NCBI GenBank assembly: GCA_038231435.1
Contig: JBBRLJ010000001.1
Span: 192,001-256,000, forward strand
Reading direction: 5' to 3'
Origin: Planctomycetota bacterium
GTDB lineage: Bacteria > Planctomycetota > UBA11346
Length of the DNA: 64,000 nt
Position numbers and translations under genes: made by a program. This document shows, piece by piece, positions 58,433 through 64,000 of this stretch (positions are counted from its first letter, which is position 1; every line of letters starts with the position of its first letter). The notes beneath the pieces are model-generated. The model was not told the DNA's origin. It ran no database searches and saw only the letters and a program-made list of their open reading frames with translations.

Positions 58433-59359
58433 ATGCAGGACCGGGGCTCGGGCGCGGCCAATCGCGCGGACGGACTGCCAGCGGACGTTCCGCGGCGCCC
58501 TCCGTACGCGTACGTGGCCGCCGAATATGGATTGATCGGACCCCCACGCGCCGAGCACGAGATCGTCCGCGCCACCTGGCGCGCACGCATAGTCGAAGTC
58601 GATCCCGAGGGGCAGGTGCGATGGCAGGTGCCGGCGAGCGGCGCCGCCGATGTCTGGCGCCTCCCTGATGGACACGTGCTCTATTCCCACGAGACAGGCG
58701 TGCGTGAAGCGTGCGCCCCAGGGCTGGTCACGTGGGATTTCAGCGCGCCCGACGAGACCTACGGATGCCAGCGGCTACCCGATGGCGCCACCCTCGTCGG
58801 AGTCTGCGGCGACGCGACCCTGCTCGAAGTCGAGCGCGACGGTCGCATCCGCCGCGCCATCGCCGTGCCGACACAGCGCCGTGGCCATCACACCTTCCGC
58901 TATGTGCGTAAGCTGCCCACGGGCACCTTCCTGCTCGCGCTGCCAGATGATGATCGGGTGATAGAATTCGACGAGCGCGGCCGCGAGCTGTGGCGGGCGG
59001 AGCTGCCAGCCGGGTCGCTGCCGTACTCCGCCACGCGGCTCGCGAACGGCAACACCCTGGTGGGCGGCGGCTCCTCGCACGCGGTGTTCGAGTTCGACCG
59101 CGATGGCCGCATCGCGTGGTCGGTGACCGAGCACGAGCTGCCGGGCGTGACGCTGCGCTACGTCGCCGGTGTCCAGCGTCTCGGCGACGGCGTCACCGTC
59201 ATCGTGAACTGGCTCGGCCACGGCCATGTGGGCGAAGGGCTCCATGTGGTCGCCGTCCACCATGACAAGAGCATCGCATGGGTGCTGCACGACCCGGACC
59301 TGCACGACACGCTGTTCGGGATCGCTCTTATCGACGCCCCGGGGCCGATCTCGCGGTGA
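58433..59359 (+). CDS. Beta-propeller repeat protein
   Basis: Repeated RL..G.TL / V.E.D..G...W units. Confidence 0.75.
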   Translation: MQDRGSGAANRADGLPADVPRRPPYAYVAAEYGLIGPPRAEHEIVRATWRARIVEVDPEGQVRWQVPASGAADVWRLPDGHVLYSHETGVREACAPGLVTWDFSAPDETYGCQRLPDGATLVGVCGDATLLEVERDGRIRRAIAVPTQRRGHHTFRYVRKLPTGTFLLALPDDDRVIEFDERGRELWRAELPAGSLPYSATRLANGNTLVGGGSSHAVFEFDRDGRIAWSVTEHELPGVTLRYVAGVQRLGDGVTVIVNWLGHGHVGEGLHVVAVHHDKSIAWVLHDPDLHDTLFGIALIDAPGPISR

Positions 59360-59389
59360 TGCCGTGTCGGCCGCGCGCGCGACCTCGGA

Positions 59390-59986
59390 TCAGGTACCAT
59401 CGCCGACCACCGCCTGCGCGAGCAGCAGCAGGCCGCGGTAGGCGCCTTCCTCGGTGCCGACCAGGCGCGTGATGACGCCGCTCTCGCGCTGATGCTCGGG
59501 GTCGTCGTCCTGGCTCTGCACCGCGCCGGTGGCGAAGATCGCGAAACTGTCCGGGCTCCACTGGTTGGCCTTCGGCCCGATGATCAGCGCCGAACGGCTG
59601 TCGACGTGCAAGACGCCCTTGTGGTCGCGGAAGGCCACAGCGCGGTACGCGACCTCCATGTCCTGGGTCCCGCCTGCGTAGGTGACGACCCAGGCCGGCC
59701 GGCAGGTCCCGGTGCCAGGGCCGATCACCAGCAGCGAGTGGTAATGCTCCCAGGTGAACACGTACGCGGCTTCCAGCGCCGGGGTGGCGGGGGATTCGCG
59801 TCCGGGCGATATCTGGCCATCAGCGGGCTGGGGCGCGGAATATCCCGCCGGCAGCGGCACGGCGACCGGCTGCGGATCGTTGAGCTCGTCCTCGGCTTCG
59901 GCCTGCGCGATAGCGGGGACGAGCCCGACGGTCGCCCCGAGGACCGTCAGCAGGAGCGGTAAGATGGAGGCCGCGAGGGCGCGCAT
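59390..59986 (-). CDS. Exported hypothetical protein, probably co-transcribed with rpoN
   Basis: Signal peptide; start lies 1 nt after the rpoN stop. Confidence 0.7.
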   Translation of the reverse strand: MRALAASILPLLLTVLGATVGLVPAIAQAEAEDELNDPQPVAVPLPAGYSAPQPADGQISPGRESPATPALEAAYVFTWEHYHSLLVIGPGTGTCRPAWVVTYAGGTQDMEVAYRAVAFRDHKGVLHVDSRSALIIGPKANQWSPDSFAIFATGAVQSQDDDPEHQRESGVITRLVGTEEGAYRGLLLLAQAVVGDGT

Positions 59987-59987
59987 C

Positions 59988-61394
59988 CTAGAACGAACGG
60001 CGCTGCCGGGTCGAGGGGATGCCGTCGGCGATGCGGTACTTGGTCACCGTGCGCCGGCTGATGTCGAGGCCTTCCTTCTCGAGGATGTCCGCGATCTCCT
60101 GGTCGGAGAGCGGGTTCTTGTTGTCCTCGTTCTGGATGAGCTTCTGGATCTTGAGCTTCACCGATTTCGAGCTCTCGGCTTCGCTGCCGTCCTGGTTGGC
60201 GATGCCGCCCGAGAAGAAGCTCGCCAGCGGCAGCACGCCACCGGGCGTCTGGATGTACTTGTCCTTCACCGCGCGGCTGACCGTGGCGACGTGCATGCCG
60301 ATCTTGTCGGCGATGTCCTGGCGCATCAGTGGTCGCAGCTGCTCGGTGCCTTGCTCGAGGAAGGCGGTCTGGTGCTTGATGATCTCGCTGACGATCTTCA
60401 GCAGCGTGCGCCGACGCTGGGCGACCGCGTCGACGATGAACTTGGCGCCGGCGAGCTTGTCCTTGAGGTAGGCCTTCTCCTTGGGATCCACCGCCGGGCT
60501 GTCGTAAAGCTGGTAGTACGCCTGATTGACCTGGACCTTCGGCAGATGGCCGTCGGGAACGCTAACCACCCAGTCGCCTTTCTCGTCGCGCTCGACGGTG
60601 ACATCCGGCACCACGTACTGGTTGCCTCCCTGCGCGAACGGGAGGCCGGGCTTGGGATCGAGCTTGGCGATGACCTCGACGCCTTCCTGCACGCGCTGGA
60701 CGTCCGCGCCCATCGCCGAGGCGATGACCGGCAGGCGGTTCTTGAGCACATCGTCGAGATGGTTGCGGATCAGCTCCATCTCGAATGAGTTGTCGCCCGG
60801 CTCGCGCGCCAGCTGCAGCAGCAGGCAGTCCTTCAGATCGCGGGCGCCGACGCCGGCGGGATCGCAGCTGCGCACCCATTCCCAGGCCTGCTCGGCGAGT
60901 TCCAGCTTCTCCTCGGGAAACAGCTCGTTGAGCGGCTCCATGAGGTAGCCGCGCCGATCCAGCTGCCAGCAGAGGTCGGCGATGAGTTCGCGGATCTCGG
61001 CTGGGATATCCTGGAAGCGCAGCTGCTCCAGGAGGTGGTCGGCGAGCGCCGGCGGCTTATCCGGGGTGGAGGCCAGGGCCTCCATCTTGTCCGGAGCATC
61101 GTCGCTGCGGTTGGCGCGACGCTTGAGCATCCAGTCCTGGTCTGGATCGGGGAACGGGTCCTTGATCTGCTCGCGGCCGCCATCGATGGCCATGGGCGGG
61201 GAACCAGGGGCCTCGGGCTCGGGACCGCCGTCGAGCATCTCCAGGGCGGGATTGCTCTCCACCTCGTTCATGATGCGCTCCTCGAGCGCCATCTGCGGCA
61301 AGAGCAGGATCTCGATCGACTGGATCATCTGCGGAGTGAGCTTGAGCTTCTGCTCCATCCGCAGATTGAAGTTCTGTCTCAGTTGAAGCGACAT
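59988..61394 (-). CDS. rpoN: RNA polymerase sigma-54 factor
   Basis: QMIQSIEILLL, NPALE, DPAGVGARDL..CL, H..TVSRA, SRRTVTKYR RpoN box. Confidence 0.98.
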   Translation of the reverse strand: MSLQLRQNFNLRMEQKLKLTPQMIQSIEILLLPQMALEERIMNEVESNPALEMLDGGPEPEAPGSPPMAIDGGREQIKDPFPDPDQDWMLKRRANRSDDAPDKMEALASTPDKPPALADHLLEQLRFQDIPAEIRELIADLCWQLDRRGYLMEPLNELFPEEKLELAEQAWEWVRSCDPAGVGARDLKDCLLLQLAREPGDNSFEMELIRNHLDDVLKNRLPVIASAMGADVQRVQEGVEVIAKLDPKPGLPFAQGGNQYVVPDVTVERDEKGDWVVSVPDGHLPKVQVNQAYYQLYDSPAVDPKEKAYLKDKLAGAKFIVDAVAQRRRTLLKIVSEIIKHQTAFLEQGTEQLRPLMRQDIADKIGMHVATVSRAVKDKYIQTPGGVLPLASFFSGGIANQDGSEAESSKSVKLKIQKLIQNEDNKNPLSDQEIADILEKEGLDISRRTVTKYRIADGIPSTRQRRSF

Positions 61395-61452
61395 CGCATC
61401 TCCTGTTCTGCCATCGTCTTAAACTTCAGGCAGAGGCCTTGCCCGAGTCTCT

Positions 61453-61468
61453 AGCAAATCCTACGCCA
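61453..61468 (-). promoter_or_regulatory. Sigma54 element upstream of rpoN
   Basis: Minus strand TGGCGTAGGATTTGCT. Confidence 0.62.
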
Positions 61469-61620
61469 ATCCTCCGTCGAGGGCAAGAGGGATCGGTGAA
61501 GCCATCCGCTCCTGAGGCTCGGAAGGCGTGTGCGGCTCTCACCCACCCTCCCTGGGATTGGCTGCACACTGGTCGGGGTTTGGGAGTATCTAGTATGGGA
61601 GTCGAGAAACGCCCTCAGCC

Positions 61621-63231
61621 ATGCCTGACAACGACGTCACGTCGAATATGACCAGCCAGCTGGTCGCCGCCACCCAGGTCATCCTGGCCAACGGCTGGGC
61701 CACCGAGGCGAAGATCGCCAGTGCCCGGGCCCAGCTCGCCATTTCGCCAGCGCCCCTGCCCACGGCCGGGCGTTCACGCTTGTCGCAGTTCCTCGTCGAC
61801 CAGAAGGTCGTTTCGCGGGAACAGGCCCAAGACCTCGACTCGCTGATGCGCAACCAGGCGCACATGAGCGGCTTCCAGCTGCTCAAGAAGATCGGCTCCG
61901 GAGGCATGGGCGTGGTGTTCCTCGCCAAGCATCTTGCGAGCGGCAAGATCTGCGCCCTGAAGACGCTGAACACCCGCCTCGCCGACGAAGGTGATTTCGT
62001 CAGCCGCTTCCACCGCGAGGCGCAGGCCCTGACCGGCATCACCCATCCCAACATCGCCTGCGTGCTCGAGAGCGGCGAGAGCGAGGGCCACTGCTACCTG
62101 GCGATGGAGTACATCGAAGGCCCGAGCGTGATGACCATGCTGCGCGACTACAAGGCGCTGCCCGAGCTCTACGCGCTGCGGCTCGTCAAGCAGGTGTCCG
62201 AAGGGCTCGCGCACGTGTACACCAGCTCGGGCCTGATCCATCGCGACATCAAGCCCGAGAACATCCTGGTGGTACGCAGTCGCGCCGGCGCGGACCTCTT
62301 CCCCGAGGAGGACGTCGCCAAGCTGATCGATTTCGGCCTGGTCAAGTCCATGGATGAGAAGGACGAACGGCTGACCCAGACCGGCATGACCATCGGCACT
62401 CCGCTCTACATGTCGCCCGAGCAGGTGCGGGGCGAACCGCTCGATTGCCGGTCGGACATCTACGGCCTCGGAGCCACGCTCTACCATCTGCTCACCGGTT
62501 CGACCCCCTTCACCGGGACCAGCCCGGGCGCGATCATGAGCGCCCATCTCACCGAGCCGATCCCCGATCCCTCGCTCAAGGTCCCCAGCCTCAGCGCCGA
62601 CACCAAGCGCATCGTCGCGACCGCGATGGCGAAGGACATCAACAGCCGGTTCCTCACCCACGAGGCGCTGATCAACGCCTGCAATACGGTCATCCAGTCG
62701 CTCTCGGGCAAGGCGGACGGCGCACCGCGCCTGCTGCGCAAGCCGATGGTGCTGAAGAACACCGTGGCGATCAAGAAGACCGAGTTGGCCAACAAGAAGA
62801 GCGAGGAAGCCCAGCCGACCCCCGAGACCTCCGCTTCCCCTTCGGTATCCAACGGCGCGCACCACGATCGGGTCAGCTCGCGGATCATCGCCAAGCACCG
62901 CCGGCTGCAGGGCGAAGCGGCACCGGATGTGGATGCCAAGCACGAGACCTCGGTGACGCGTTCAGTGCCACGCACCGTCCAGACCCGGTCCATCACCGCG
63001 ATGCCCACATCCGCGGGCACGGCAGATCGCGGAACCTCGGGCCAGCCGCTGGTCCGCAACGACTCTCTCCCAACTGCGGTTCCGGCGGCCCCGGTGGCGC
63101 AGGCCCAGGCCGACCAACTACGCTCGGCTGCCATCGACGCGCAGGGGCGCCATGGCATGGGCATCGTGCCGTGGATCGTGCTCGGCGTCGCCCTGTTGGC
63201 GCTGGCGGGGTACATGGTGTTCATCAAGTGA
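61621..63231 (+). CDS. Ser/Thr protein kinase with C-terminal membrane anchor
   Basis: GSGGMGVVF, HRDIKPEN, DFG, GTPLYMSPEQ; terminal TM helix. Confidence 0.95.
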   Translation: MPDNDVTSNMTSQLVAATQVILANGWATEAKIASARAQLAISPAPLPTAGRSRLSQFLVDQKVVSREQAQDLDSLMRNQAHMSGFQLLKKIGSGGMGVVFLAKHLASGKICALKTLNTRLADEGDFVSRFHREAQALTGITHPNIACVLESGESEGHCYLAMEYIEGPSVMTMLRDYKALPELYALRLVKQVSEGLAHVYTSSGLIHRDIKPENILVVRSRAGADLFPEEDVAKLIDFGLVKSMDEKDERLTQTGMTIGTPLYMSPEQVRGEPLDCRSDIYGLGATLYHLLTGSTPFTGTSPGAIMSAHLTEPIPDPSLKVPSLSADTKRIVATAMAKDINSRFLTHEALINACNTVIQSLSGKADGAPRLLRKPMVLKNTVAIKKTELANKKSEEAQPTPETSASPSVSNGAHHDRVSSRIIAKHRRLQGEAAPDVDAKHETSVTRSVPRTVQTRSITAMPTSAGTADRGTSGQPLVRNDSLPTAVPAAPVAQAQADQLRSAAIDAQGRHGMGIVPWIVLGVALLALAGYMVFIK

Positions 63232-63318
63232 GCAGCGAGAAGCCACGTGAAGCAGATCCGGTAGCTGGATGAATCAGCAAGACCGCCAAACCACCCTCGC
63301 GGTGCTGTTCAGCGCCAG

Positions 63319-64000
63319 CTAGACCAGGGGCGGTCGCTCGGCGGCCAGTCTGTCCGGGGCCAAGCGCTTGATCGGCAGCGCCGAGGCTCCTCTGGCGCCA
63401 CCTGCACTGCCTGTGCCGGCGATGCTGCCGATGCCAGAACGCGAACGCGTCGCGATCAGCTCCGCGTAGCGTTCGAGCTGGGTCGCGGCGGCGTTTTTCC
63501 ACGAGAAGAAGCGGCGCAGCCCAGGCGCGCTGGCACGGGCTTCGTCACTCGCCTCTCCGAGGCGACGCACCATCGCGGCGATCGCCAGCGCGGCCGGCTC
63601 GACTGCCGGCGGGACCAGGGCGACGTGCGTCAGCGAACCGACCTCCGGATAGCTGACCACGCCGATCTCGTCGCTGAGCACGGCGGGCAGGCCAGAGAAC
63701 AGCGCCTCGACGATGCTCAGGCCGAAGCCCTCGTGGCGAGACAGCTGCACGTAGAGATCCGACTGCGCGATGATCTCGGCCACGCGATCGCCGGCACACT
63801 GGCCGTGGAAGACCACTCGCTCGGCGATCCCCAGTTCGCGCGCGCGCAGCTGGAGCGCGGCCTGGCTCCCTCCTTGATCGCCCCCCATCAGATGCAGGGA
63901 CAGCCCGTGGCCTTCGCGGCCGCGCGCGACCTGGGCCACGGCATCGAGCAGCAGGTCGAGTCCCTTGGTGTAGATGTCCAGCCGCCCGATGAACAGCAGC
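63319..64000 (-). CDS. Glycosyltransferase family 4, 5' end truncated by window edge
   Basis: LFIGRLDIYTKGLDLL...SRHEGFGLSIVEA. Confidence 0.9.
   Translation of the reverse strand, partial: LLFIGRLDIYTKGLDLLLDAVAQVARGREGHGLSLHLMGGDQGGSQAALQLRARELGIAERVVFHGQCAGDRVAEIIAQSDLYVQLSRHEGFGLSIVEALFSGLPAVLSDEIGVVSYPEVGSLTHVALVPPAVEPAALAIAAMVRRLGEASDEARASAPGLRRFFSWKNAAATQLERYAELIATRSRSGIGSIAGTGSAGGARGASALPIKRLAPDRLAAERPPLV

Overview
High-GC, gene-dense bacterial chromosome segment, most consistent with a diderm PVC/Planctomycetota-type organism (inference from four Hanks-type Ser/Thr kinases, an ECF/anti-sigma pair, a BamD-LptE-like pair, Lol-type ABC genes and many exported hypotheticals). It is mostly housekeeping: dtd, gmhA, dnaK-groES, rnd, cinA, kup, a phosphohexomutase, dus, fur, mdh, sucA-sucB-lpdA, rpoN, and three tRNAs (Ala-GGC, Leu-TAA, Phe-GAA). 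I saw no CRISPR array, integrase, transposase or prophage. The most unusual signals are: (1) a 920-aa FolD / homocysteine methyltransferase / degenerate MTHFR triple fusion with altered motifs; (2) a vapBC-like pair whose PIN toxin looks catalytically dead and whose 17-bp palindromic operator core TTCGCACAAT recurs in tandem in the leader of the divergent sucA operon; (3) a ~95-bp REP-like repeat family (6 copies) built on a C(TACG)G hairpin, with one copy translated into GmhA; (4) sigma54 promoters before receiver-dnaK-groES (with an IHF site and palindromic UAS), before rpoN itself, and one pointing antisense into rnd; (5) a tandem pair of non-RD kinases, a transketolase-like pseudoenzyme, a RanBP2-type zinc-finger membrane protein, an orphan EboE and a stand-alone halogenase-like enzyme. 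All family calls come from reading motifs by eye; no database searches were run.
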